DNA from: the human T2T-CHM13v2.0 reference genome, Homo sapiens
Strand: one strand, 5' to 3'
Assembly (NCBI RefSeq): GCF_009914755.1
Contig: NC_060930.1
DNA length: 64,000 bases
In this document: in pieces, positions 15,875 through 29,063 of the stretch
How the letters are laid out: each line of letters starts with the position of its first letter
Position numbering within the stretch: the stretch's first letter is position 1
Made by a program: the position numbers and the translations under genes
Notes under the pieces: model-generated
Told to the model about the DNA's origin: nothing
Databases searched by the model: none
Seen by the model: only the letters and a program-made list of their open reading frames with translations

Positions 15875-16446
15875 TATATTAGTTTTCTATTGCTGTATAA
15901 CTAATCACCCCAAAATCTGACAGCTTAAAACAACAAGCATGTATTATCTCATGGTGTCTGAGAGTCAAGAATTTGGATGCAGCTCAGCTGAGATTCTAGG
16001 ACTCCACGTCTCGCATGAGTTTATGGTCAAAGTGCCAGCTTGGGCTGCAGTCTTATCTGAAGACTCAAGTGAAGGGAGATCTCTTCCAAGCTCCCTCATG
16101 TGGTTGTTGGCAGGATTCAGTTCCTCATGAGTTGTTGGGCTGAGGGCCTCAGCTCCATGCTGACTGTTGGCTAAAGGTCTCCCTCTGTAATAGGTGGGCC
16201 TCTCTACAGGGCAGCTCACAACACTGTGGCTAGCTTCCTTCAGAATGAGTGAGTGAGAAAGTGCCAAAGAGAAAAGTCACATTTTTTTCATAACCTAATC
16301 TCAAAAGGGACATCCCATCACTCCTACCATGTTCTATTCATTAGAAGTGAGTTAGCACATCCAGCCCACACTCAAGAGGAGGAGACTGCACAAATTCATG
16401 AATAACAGAAGGTGGGGATCACCGCAGGTCATCCTAGTGGCTACTA
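15875..16446 (-). mobile_element. MLT1 (G/H-like) LTR
   Basis: tattagttttctattgctgtataac...cttaaaacaacaa...ggttgttggcaggattcagttcct. Confidence 0.8.
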
Positions 16447-16639
16447 AATCCTCTCTCCCATACCACTCCCTTCCCTCCACTCTTTTCTCCATAACTCCCA
16501 GTCTCACCCAGTGACCTGGCCTCTTACTCTTTAAGAATAGGAGGTAAGGTTTTCTTTTATCTGTTTCCAACTAAGTCTCAAATCTTCTTTATCTTCAGCC
16601 ATTATCTTCTTTCCTGTTGTTATCACTGACAAATTGCCC

Positions 16640-18330
16640 TTCTTTCTGCCCTCACCTATCACAAATAAAAATGTCCCTAGGCCTCCTTGTTCTCCTTGAG
16701 CCATCATCTCATTATTCTGCTCCCTTGTACGTAAACCTCTTTGAGCAAGTTGCCTTTACATGTTCTCTCAACACCTCAATTCCCATTCACTGATTTGCCT
16801 TAATCATGCTTCTGCCTCATCACTTCATTGAAATTAGTTTTGTCAAGATCACCGATGATTTCTATGTTGCTGTATCCAAAGAGCATTCATCTGTCCTTGA
16901 TGACATTCAACATGATTGGCCGTTTCTTTCCTTCTCTCTTGGTTTCCATGACACCACACTTATGTGGCTACATATTTTTTTTCTAATGACTCTGGTCCCT
17001 CCCTTCTAGACTCTTTTGTTGGCTTCCCTTCTATCCACGTTCTAAATATTGGTATTTTTCAGGGCTCAGCCTGTGTCTTCCCTCTTTCCACAAGTGATCT
17101 CATTCATTTCTGGGGTTTTAAGAACCACTTAGATGTGGATGAACCTGAAGTTAACTTATTCAGCCAATACATCCTCTGAACTATAGAATGGGTTCTTTAA
17201 CTGTTTACTTGATAACTCCATTTGGATATCTGAAAGGGACCTCAGACTGAATGTCTATAATAGAACTTCCGGGTTTTCTAACTTCCCTCTCCCTAACTTG
17301 TTTCTAGAATTCCCTGCCTCCATAAATGGAGCTACCAGCCAACTTGTTTGCTCAAGTATAAATCCTTGGTTCCTCCTCTTCCTCAATCTTCGATTCCAAT
17401 CTATCCACCAAGTCCTGTAATTTCCCTATTTTCTAAATATATGTCCAATATATTCCACTATTTCCGTCCTAATCTAAGCCATCTTCTGTCACCTGGCTCA
17501 CTAGAGTAGCTCTCCATTGACATTCCTGCTTTTATGCTCTGCAAAGAAGCCAATTAAATAGTTTAAAATAATTTATTGGCTTATATTTCTCTTGGTGAAA
17601 ACCCTTTGGTGCCACCCCTCTATCCTTTGAAAATCTAAATTTCTCAAGGTCACATATGATACGTCTCTTGCTGATCATGCCAGCCTCAGATCACCCCCAT
17701 TCACCCTGCACTTACTATGTGTTAGCTATATTAGCTTTCAGCAGTTCTGAAGCCCACCAAGTCTCTATCATTTCCAGGCCTTTGCACATGCTATTCCTTC
17801 AGCTTGAAATGCGTTGCCTCCTTATTTCCCCATGGCTGGCTCATGCATTTACCAAAATAAGTAATGTTAGATTTATTCATTGTTTATTTATTGCTCACCT
17901 CATTAGACTGTAAACCCCATAAAGACAGAGACCAAGTATGCTCTGTTCACACTTGTATACCCAGCACCAAGCACTTAAAAAGTATTCAAAAAATATTTGA
18001 GTAGCCAAACAATCTCACAGTCTCACATTCATGCTCCAGGTCTCAATTCAAATCTGCCTCTTTAACAACCTTCCCAGCCCATGAAGCCTTCCCAGATTCC
18101 TTCCCAGACTGACCCACGGATTCCCCTCTCCTATATGTTATTTATATATTTTATGTGCCTCCACTGGAGCAGTTGCTATGGTGTTGAGAGTTCCTTGTAC
18201 GTCCCTCTCCATGATAGCCTGTAAACTCATTGAGGTCAGGGGCCTTATCTTTTCATCACTAAAACCCCAGGCCTGCTTTATAGTGCCTGGGGTCCACCCA
18301 GCAAGTGCTCCACGCATGTTTGCCTAATGG
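16640..18330 (+). mobile_element. L2 remnants (one long 3' piece ending near 18000 and a second 3' end near 18330)
   Basis: ttggtttccatgacaccacac, aggcctttgcacatgctattcc, tagactgtaaaccccat...cccagcacc...aaatatttga. Confidence 0.75.
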
Positions 18331-20264
18331 TGTTCTGAGGGTCCTTGACAGCAGCCCTCTTCTGGCCCTTGGATGAGAAGAAGGAAACTCTTTTCCTGGC
18401 TCAGGCATGAAACCCAGGCCCCTGACTGCTGCCAGCTGCCTCCCTCTGGAACCTGCCGCAACCTGAAGCCAAGTCTGAGCTTCTCTGGGAAGTGCCCCTT
18501 TGAGGCCCTGAGATTTTGCTGAGTGAAACATACTTACAGTAGGAAAGAACATAGTCTTACAAAGAATGTTTCTTGAGCGTCTCTGCTAAAAGGTAAGAGA
18601 AAATGACCTAGGGCAAAGGTAATTATTGTAAATGGTTGACATGGGGCACACACTTTCCTAAACTTGTAAGTGATAATAACATCACTTTATTAATTGGATT
18701 CAAGTAGCATCTTTCTTTTCCTTTGGTTCATTTCAGATGACAGGGACAGACCCCACTCTTTCCTTAGCAAAGTGTGCCCTGGTGACCGCAGCCCCATCCT
18801 TCTGGCATCATCTGGAAGAGCTCCCTTTAACCAATGCTGGGGAGTCTGAATTTGAAGCAGGTGTATGAATGCATTTGAAAGAATCTCTTCCAGATGCCAG
18901 AAGATTCAGTTCTGGAGAAGGACGTGAAGGAAAATTATGAGAACAAGTGTCCTATTCACATGCTAGGAAAATAAATGTTTTACTAATCCTTAAATAACAT
19001 TTTACTCTGAGGTGTATTGGCAAATTTCAGTTTTATTTCGGTATGAAAGTCTCATTTTTAGGAGTGTGATTTATACACATTTAAGCAGTAGAGGTGACTC
19101 CTAAAATTAGCTTCTGTCATCCCATGCTAATGTCTGTATGGGAAGAGAATAATATAATTTTAAAGTCCTGACATTTTTGTTATGTTTAGTGGATAATTTA
19201 CTATTTATTATCATTGGATACAATGTAGTTTAATCATTAAAAATGCACACACTTTCCTACGTTTCGCAGCCTTCTCATGGTAGAGGAAGTATGCCATCAG
19301 AAAGATGGCCTATGTGTTCTGTTTCTCTACTCAAGGCTTAATGAATAAAATTCCATCATTAAACAAATATTTGTTTAGCACCTTTTTGTGTGCCAGGCAC
19401 TGTGCTATGTGCTGGGATACAACAGAGCTTACAGTCTGGATTTTTGGCTAGATGGAAAGTGGGGTGTGGTGGATTCTCACCTGTACAAATCAGACTGGAT
19501 ATCTGAGGAGTGACTTAAAAGTTAGCTATGTGTTACCTGTTCTACCCCATTCATTCGTTTATAGAGTAAACTCACAAGCCTCCATAGCAAATTTGGGAAA
19601 ATAATACCATCTAAAAGCCCAAACAGTAGTTTCTACTTATATGGAATATACCATATGGATCTTATTGGAGTAGATTTGGCATATTGAATGTATTTTATTC
19701 AAGTAAAAGGAAAAATCAGCATGTACTCATCAATGCAGAGAAATAGTGACTGCATTCATTACATAGTCATTAGAGGAAACTGTCCTGGGACTAAAATTTT
19801 ACTGCAATTAATAATATGATCTGTAGATAGTAAATTCTCCCTGGACAGTAAATTATCTGGGTATTTAGAAGTTGACTCCAGGGAAGCCCCTCATCCCTGA
19901 GGGCCTGACTCCCCTCTCCTATCAAAAGACACCTGGTGGCCTGGGCTGGGGAAGGCCCTTCTGTCTCTTCAGGCAGCACCAGCAGGAATCAGTGGGAACC
20001 CCAACAGCAGCAGAGAAACCAAGCAGACCAAGATAACAACACAAAGCCTCAGGAAATTAAATTGCCTTTGGAACCATCACCCACAAAATTAGGCCAGGAC
20101 CTGCATGCAGAACCTAAAAAGGACAACTGCCTGATAAAATACAATATGTAAATATAACTCCGAGACTGTTAACATGATAGACAAAACATCCAGGATACAA
20201 TAAAAAATCACCTTCATACCAAGAACCAAAACTTCCCAACTTAAATGAGTAAAGACAATCAACT

Positions 20265-21166
20265 CTTCACATCATTAAGTCATCAAGGAAATGCAAATTA
20301 AAACAACAATGAGACACCACTACATCCCTGTTAAAATGGCCAAAATTCAAACAATGACAACACCAAAAGCTGATGAGGATGTGGAGCAACAGGAACTCTT
20401 ACTTATTGCTGCCAACCACTGTGACAGACAGTTTGATGGTTTCTTACACAACTAAACATTCTCCTACCATATGATCTAGCAATCACACTTCTTGGTTTTT
20501 ATCCAAAGGTGCTGAAAATTTATATCCACACAAAAACTTGCACATAGATGTTTATAGCAGCTTTATTCCTAACTGCCAAAACTTGGAGTCAATCAAGATG
20601 TCCTTCACTAGATAAATGAATAAATAAACTATGGTACATCCAAAAAATGAAATATTATTCAGTGCTAAAAAAATGAGCTATAAAGCCATGAAAAAACATG
20701 GAGGAAACTTAAATGCATATTACTAAGTGAGAGAAGCCAATCTGAAAAGACTATACACTGTATTGTTCCAATTAGATGACCTTCTGGAAAGGCAAAATTA
20801 TGGAGACAGTAAAAAGATCAGTGGTTGTCAGATGGTGGGGAGGAGGGAAGGGTGAATGGGTGGAGCACAGAGAAGTTTTAGAGCAGTGAAACTACTCTGT
20901 GTTATACTATAATGGTGGATACATGTCATTACACATTTGTCCAAATCCGTAGACTGTCCAACACCAAGAATAAACCCTAATATAACTACGGCCGTTAGGT
21001 GATTATGATGTGTCAGTGTAGGTTACTCAGTTGTAACTTCTGGTGCAGGATGTTGATGATGGAAGAGAGTATACATGTAGGGGAGGCAGGGAGTATATGG
21101 GAACTCTCTGCACCTTCCTCTCAATTTTTCTATAAACATAAATACTCTAAAGAATAAAGTTTAAAA
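20265..21166 (+). mobile_element. L1MC-like 3' end
   Basis: ggaaatgcaaattaaaacaacaatgagacaccactac...accaagaataaaccctaat...aataaagt. TSD aaagacaatca(a/t)ct at 20251 and 21167. Confidence 0.85.
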
Positions 21167-21359
21167 AAAGACAATCATCTGACGTCAACACCAAGAACAA
21201 TCAGATGTAGGCGTTATCCCACATTATCCAAATCATCAGGAATTTTAATGCAGCTGTCATAAAAATGCTTCCACATTTAATTACAAATTGTCTTCACACA
21301 AATGAAAAAGTAGAAAATCTCGGCAAAGAAACAGAAGCGATTAAAAAAATTGAAATTAT

Positions 21360-21520
21360 GGGGGGGAGGGGAGAGGGACAGAATTAGGAGATATAGCTAA
21401 TGATAAATGACGAGTTAATGGGTGCAGCACACCAGCATGGCACATGTATACATATGTAACTAACCTGCACATTGTGCACATGTACCCTAAAACTTAAAGT
21501 ATAATAATAATAATAAAAAA
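21360..21520 (+). mobile_element. L1PA 3' end, heavily 5'-truncated (about 160 bp)
   Basis: gagttaatgggtgcagcacaccagcatggcacatgtatacatatgtaac...aaaacttaaagtataat. TSD aaaaaat(t/g)gaaattat. Confidence 0.95.
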
Positions 21521-22360
21521 ATGGAAATTATAGAACTGAAAAAAATATAATTACAGAAGGAAAAAAATCTTCTGGATAGGCTCAATCATAGAGTGGGACG
21601 ACAGAGAACAGAATCAGCGCACTTCAGAACATATCAATAGAATTCGTCCAATCAGAAAAACACAGAGAAAATAGATGGGAGGGGCAGTGTGTGTTGAGGG
21701 GAATCAATAGAAACTCAGGAATGTAGAACAATAACACAAGATGCAACAATTTACTGTCAGAGTCTCAGGAGGAGAGGAGCAAGAGAATCAGACTCAAAGA
21801 GTATTTGAATAAATAATGGCTGAAAACTCCACATTTTTTGAAAAACACACACGTACATGTTCAGGAAGCTGAGCAAATCCTGAACGAAATAAACCCAAAG
21901 AAATCCACGTGAAGACACATCATAATTAAACTTCTGGGAACTAAAAGTAAAGAAGTCTTGAAAGCAGCCAGGGAGAAACAATTCGTTACTTCCTAGGGAA
22001 AAACAATTAGAATGATGGTAGATTTCTCATCTGAAACCATGGCGGCCAAACAAAGTGGCACAACATTTTCAAGAACTGAAAGAAAAGAACTGTCAACTGC
22101 AAATTCTATATCCAGTGAAGCTATCCTTCAAGAATGAAGGAGAAATAAGCTAATTCTTAGACAAAAGAAAACTAAAAGACTTTGTTGCTGGTGTACCTAC
22201 CCTTAAAGAATGGCTAAAGAGAATTCTTCATCCAGAAAGAAAATGATAAAAGAAAGACTCTTGGAGCATCAGGACGGAAGGAGGAAGAATTTAAAGGGCA
22301 GAAATATTGGTACATACAATCGAATATGAATTTCCTCTTGAGTTTTAGAAATCATATTTA

Positions 22361-22859
<499 letters not shown>

Positions 22860-23193
22860 CTATACAAAAAGATAACTAAAAAATGCTATCAATCAGTCAA
22901 TCAAAGTGGAATCCTAAAAACAACGTGCAAGTAACTTACAGGAAGGCGAGAAAAGTTGACATGAAATTTAACATCTTTAGGTAATCCCATAATTTTGAGT
23001 TAAAAATGAATTATGGAAAAACTCAACACTAAGTGGCTTGAGACAATGTGTAAGGAAACAGTAAATTGGGAGCTAAGAAGCTTGGCTTTAGTAATAATTG
23101 ATTTAATATAGATTAATAAATTCAATCCTGAGTAAAAACTTAGCGATATAATTTTGTCATTACTAATCTAATTGGAATAAAGGCATGTATTAC

Positions 23194-23487
<294 letters not shown>

Positions 23488-23569
23488 CAAGCATGTATTA
23501 CTTTCTACAGCAAAGGAGGTAACTGAGCTTGAATTATTACATCTTAAGATTAAAGCTACAAGAATGTTT

Positions 23570-23825
23570 TTTTTAAAAAATTAGCTTTAATTTTAGCATA
23601 ATTTTAAATCTACAGAGAAATTGCAAAGATAGTACAGAGAGTTCCTGTATATCTTACACCCAGTGTCTCCTATTATTATAACATGACATTTTACATCATA
23701 ATTAATGAATCAACATTAATATAGCATTACTAAGTAAACTCCATACTTTATTTCAATTTGATTAGCTTTTTCTTAAAGTTCTTATTTTTCCTTCAATAAC
23801 TCATCCAGGATACCACATTTATAGG
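23570..23825 (-). mobile_element. L1M (MC/ME) 3' fragment
   Basis: aaattgcaaagatagtacagagagttcctgtatatcttacaccc. Confidence 0.65.
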
Positions 23826-23849
23826 AGTCCTTTGAAAATGAATACTTAA

Positions 23850-24070
23850 CTATCCTGGCTAACATGGTGAAACCCCATCTCTACTAAAAATACAAAAAAT
23901 TAGCCGGGTGTGGTGGCGGGCACCTGTAGTCCCAGCTACTTGAGAGGCTGAGGCAGAAGAATGGTATGAATCCAGGAGGCGGAGGTTGCAGCGAGCCGAG
24001 ATCGCACTACTGCACTCCAGCCTGGGCGACAGAGCGAGACTCCGTCTCAAAAAAAAAAAAAAAAAAAAAA
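23850..24070 (+). mobile_element. 5'-truncated AluY/Sc-like element
   Basis: Begins at atcctggctaacatggtg. Perfect 16-bp TSD gaaaatgaatacttaa (23834-23849, 24073-24088). Confidence 0.93.
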
Positions 24071-24459
24071 TAGAAAATGAATACTTAATGGCTAAACTTC
24101 ATATCTTGGAAGAAATTTTATGTTCAGAGATGGAGCTATTATGTTACTACAGAGGGAATCTTGTGGGAAGGCTATTAGGGGACTTGTCTTGAAGCTGTTC
24201 TTTCCCGGCAAGCCCTCTGTTTATTATGAGTATTATGAGTGGTTTTTTGTAGTGTGGGTGCTGATGCCAAAGCTCCTCCAAGCCACTTTTTGGCATGGTC
24301 AGCATATTAACCCACAGTCATTAGTGCATGAACACGATCTTCCTCAGCCATAGTAAATTCACACTACTACCCCAGGCTTTGTGCAGTGGGAGGGACCTCT
24401 ACAGAAGGAGAAGTTGTTGCATGGCTTGTTTTTCCATGCAACATGCACATCCTCTTATC

Positions 24460-25960
24460 ATCGGGGTTTGCCTTCAAATGTGTCCAGAATCCAACTACTT
24501 TTCTGTACCTTCACTATTTCCATATGAGGTCCCCTACGAGCCGTTATCATTTTTTGTCTGAGCATAAACGGTTTCCTGACTAGTGTCCCTGATTCTGCCC
24601 TGGCAACTCCATAGTCTGTTCTCAACACAGTGACCTGAGAGACTCTTAAAATTTAAGTTGGCTCCTGTCACTTCTCGCTCGAAACCATCTAACAGCCCTC
24701 CCATCTCACACTTGTTTGTTGTTGTTCTCATACTTATTTTTTTAAACCAAAGTTTTTATTGCAAAGTAACATACGTACAGAAAGCGTACAGAGCCTCTGT
24801 GTAGCACTCATGAAATGATTAAAATTGACTACACCTGTATAACCACCACCCAGGTAAGGAAATAGACCAACTGTTGGGAAACCCCACGTGCTGTCATTCA
24901 ATCAATACTCCCACTTGTCTCTCCAAAGGGAACCACTACGCTGTCTTCTAGATTAGGTAAGCCTGTTTTTGAATTTTGTGGAAATAGAATTACAGTATGT
25001 GTTGTTTCTTATCTGGCTTCTTTTCCTCACTGTTATGTTTGTGAGATTTTTCCATGTTGTGCCATCTCACGCTTTTTTAAAAGCCCAAATCTCCTCCAAG
25101 GTGTCTGGCGTCCAGAACTCTATAGCACCTTGGCCCCAATTCCCACCCTCCCTTGGCTTTCTGATCCAATTTCCTACTGTTATTCCCTCTCATGTCCTCT
25201 GTTCTAGCCTCATTGGCCTTCTTGTTCTTCTCAAACTCACCAGGCATGCCCCTGCCACAGGGCCTTTGCACTTACCATTTCTACTGCCTAGAGAGCTCTG
25301 TCTGAAGGTATCCCCATGGCTGGCTCCACAGACTCTGTCAGGTCTCTGCTCAAGTGCTGTCTTCTCTGTCAGGAGGTGATGCCTTACCTGACCATCCACA
25401 CACTCCCTAGCCCCCTCCCCTGTTTGAATTTTCTCCGCAGCACTTACCACCCTACTATATATGTGTTAGTTTCCCATTGTTGTCAAAACAAAATATCACA
25501 CATTTAGTGGCTTAAAACAACACAAGTTCATTGTCTCAGGGTCCCACAGATTGGAAGACCAGTAGGCTAGGCTCCCTTCTTCGTTCTGGGTCTCACCAGG
25601 CTGACATCAAGATGTCACCTGCCCTGGCTCTTATCTGGAGGCTCTAAGTAAGAATCTGCTTCTAGGCTTATTCAGGTTGTTGAAAGAATTCAGAATTAAG
25701 ACGGGGGTTGCTATTTTCTTGCTGGCTTCCAGAGGTTGCCTGTATTCCCTGGCCTGTGGCCTCTTCCCCTTCAAAACCAGGGGCAAAAATCATGAGGGCC
25801 AACATCCTGCCTACCACAGTATACATTCCTAGTTATTTTGTTTACTATCCATTTCCCCATCTAGAATCTATGTGGACAGGGATTTCTGTTTGGTATCCCA
25901 AAACCTAGACCACTGCCTGGCACATAGGCATGGAAAGATGTGTTGAATGAATGAATGAAG
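24460..25960 (+). mobile_element. L2 split by an L1ME fragment (about 24735-25070, minus) and an MLT1 LTR (about 25460-25825, minus)
   Basis: L2 motifs ccttcaaatgtgtccagaatcc and cagggcctttgcacttacc, with 3' end gcctggcacatagg...tgttgaatgaatgaatgaa. The inserts carry L1 and MLT1 motifs. Confidence 0.75.
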
Positions 25961-27002
25961 ACTGGGTAATTAGCCTTTCTCTTCTTTTTAAAAAGCTGTC
26001 AGTGACTTTCATTTTAACCTGATTTTACCACCAGTGTGCTTTTCCCTGGCTCCACATGCCACTGGTTACGGCTTTGCTAGTTAAGGGGATTACTAACAGG
26101 ATAATGTCATATTTTTATGTTACCTCCTAGTGACACAGAGACACATCCTGGACAGGAGGTACAGAGTGGGGTCACAAAATGGACTGAAGCTCAGAGGCCA
26201 GCACAGGCCAGGGAGCCTCATGCACCCCAGTTAACTAAGTGTCCAATCATTTCTTGGAATAAAACTCTTCAGGGATAGTAAAACTAGTCATGGAAATGTG
26301 TTAAGCATTGTTTTGCTCAGAAAAAAAATTGAAGACTTAGTCTGCACATGTTAATTACTCAATGAAAATTTCACAAACGATTTAATCATCTGGATGTCTC
26401 GAAATATTCTGTTGCTTAATATTATGTAGACAGCCTAAATCCTAGGGTCATAGAGATCTGAGCTTGTGTGAAAAGCTTGAAACACGTACAAGTAACAGAT
26501 TTGCTATTTGGGTTATGGTGTGGAAAAAAATCTCTGGAAACAGATTTATGTATTAGTTTTTCACTTTGCCACCAGATGTCCTTCATGAGTAGGAAAATAT
26601 GATGACTTGAATGATATTTTGAAGTGTGAATGCCCAGCATTTTTGAGTAGACAGTGAAAGCGGAGTGTGACTGAATGTAAATGTTACCACAGACTTTTGG
26701 ATGAGACAGGTCTTTTGAAGGCTGTCTTACAGGTGTAGCTTTCAGAAGCAATACTTATTTCACTTGCAAATTTTCATTTCTCATACTTTACAACCATTTA
26801 TCTATTTTCTTTTCACTCAACTCTAAATCGATATTTTAAAAATTTGATCGAATTATTATACTTTGAAATTAACATTAAGAAGTACTCAGGTCCTTATGCT
26901 AATAGTAAAGATAAAAAGTTGGTCTTTGGAGTGGAACGTCTCAATAATTCAAGGAGGCTAGACCTCAGTCTTTTAAACATGACAGCTACACAGTTTACAA
27001 GA

Positions 27003-27310
27003 TTTTTTTTTTTTTTTTTTGAGACAGGGTCTTGCTGTCACCCAGGCTGGAGTGCAGTGGTGTGATCTGGTGATCTGGGCTCACTGTAACCTCCACCTCC
27101 CTGGCTCAAGCGATCCTCCCACCTCAACCTCCTGAGGAGCTGGAACTACAGGCGTGCACCACCACACCCGGCTAATTTTTGTATTTTTTTTTTTTTTTTT
27201 TTTTTGTAGAAACAAGGTCTTACTAGGTTGCCCAGCCTGATCTCGAGCTCCTGGGCTCAAGTGATCTGCCTGCCTCAGCCTCTCAAAGTGTTGCTATTAC
27301 ATACCTGGCC
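27003..27310 (-). mobile_element. AluJ with an expanded middle A-tract
   Basis: Reverse Alu with a small internal gtgatctg duplication. Flanks caagat on both sides. Confidence 0.92.
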
Positions 27311-28644
27311 AAGATATTTTTATTAAGTTAATTCTAAAAGCAGCAACTTACATCTTCAGGAAATGCAGTTGAAAGGGACCAATGTAAAATTTAATATAAA
27401 ATCCAAGACTGAAGTTGCAGTTTATTGCTAATAAGGTAATATAGAATATGTGTTTAATATGTCAAATTAATAAACAGCATGTTTACAAAATAGAAGCTAT
27501 TTGGTCAAGTGTGTTATAAATGTATAACAGAAACCCTCAGAATATATAAGGAACAAGGACAACTACAGGTTTAAAGGATTTGTTGCGTGAATTACATGGT
27601 GCCTTAATAAACACTTGGAGACAGAATTCCCGTCCTATTCCCACTATCACTGGAAGTATGGGATGAACCTGTGCTTTCTGGTGAGGGCTCCTCATTTCTT
27701 CATTAAGTGGGGCAGGGAGATGGGACAGGCAACGTATTGCCAGAAAACTGAAGGCCATCTGCATGAAATGTCAGCCAAGCAACCAGATGTTTGATTGGAT
27801 TGGCTCCCACATCCGGCTTCTTGATCGAATTCCTCCTCTTTCCACCCAGATGTTTTAGAAACACAGAGAACTTCATGAAGCTTGTTCCGGGCCCGCAGAG
27901 GAAGGGGCGGTAATATTTTGGTGTCCTGCAGGGGGCGAAGTTACCTCTAATTTTATCAAGTCGGTTCATACATTCCAGCGGACTTCAAAGCCCAGATCTG
28001 CTCCTGTCCCTCCAACTCCACCCACCCCATGCCTCCTCCTCTTGAATCACATGTGGACGTTGTCTAGCTCCCTGTCCTGAGGCTTCCAGGGGAGCACTCG
28101 GGCTGTCTAATGGGGAAGGGTCCCAGAAGCAGGGAGTAGACAAGGTGGGGGTTAGGGGATTTTTATCCACCTAGAGGTCCAACTGGCTTGGAGAAAGAGT
28201 AGTCCCAATTTCAAGGTTATTAAAATCCTAGAACTGTATCTCTTCCTGTCCCCTTTGTCCCAATGGATACAAGGGCTTGCCTGCATGTGTCCCGCAAACA
28301 TGATGTGCACATGTTGGGAGCCATAGTGGACAGAAGAGGAGCACATCCTCAGTTGGATGTCACTGTCCTTATGATCATTGTAATGTCTCACTGCACAGTT
28401 TTTTTAGGAGCTTCTTCTGGCTCTTAAGGGAGATGTGCGTTCTCATGTTCATCACCTGGAGGTACTCTCGACACCTCCTCATTCTAGCCCCATTCGACAG
28501 AAACTGAGAATCCATCTTGGTGGAGTGAGGAGCCTGCAACAGACCTGAATCAGAGTTGCTGCTCAGATGTTTAGTTGATAGTCACTTTAGACTCATGTCA
28601 CATGAACCCATCTACTTCTTAGTGTCTAAGGAAAGGGAGAGATG

Positions 28645-28674
28645 GCGTGCGTGTGTGTGCATGTGTGTGTGTGT
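28645..28674. repeat. Alternating purine-pyrimidine (TG/CG/CA) tract, 30 bp
   Basis: gcgtgcgtgtgtgtgcatgtgtgtgtgtgt. Confidence 0.9.
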
Positions 28675-28708
28675 CTTCTGCACTAGGTCCACCCCATAGA
28701 TGCATACA

Positions 28709-29063
28709 CAAGTTGAGTATCCCTTATCCAAAGTGCTTGGGACCAGAAGTATTTCAAATTTCAGATTTTTAGATTTTGGAATATTTGCATATACATAATG
28801 AGATACCTTAGGGATGGGATCCAAGTCTAAACATGAAATTCATTTATGTTTCGTATATATCTCATATACATAGTCTGAAGGTAATTTAATACAATATTTC
28901 AAATGATTTTGTGGATGAAAATTTTGACTGTGTTTTGACCATGTCCCATCCTATGAGGTCAGGTGTGGAATTTTCCATCTGAGGCATCATGTCAGCTCTC
29001 AGAAATCTTTAGATTTTGGAGCATTTTGGATGTCAGATTTTTGGGTTAGGGATGCTCAACCTC
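28709..29063 (-). mobile_element. Tigger4b/MER46-like TcMar MITE
   Basis: Terminal inverted repeats caagttgagtatccctta... and ...ttagggatgctcaacctc followed by TA. Interior matches the recalled Tigger4b consensus. Confidence 0.88.
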
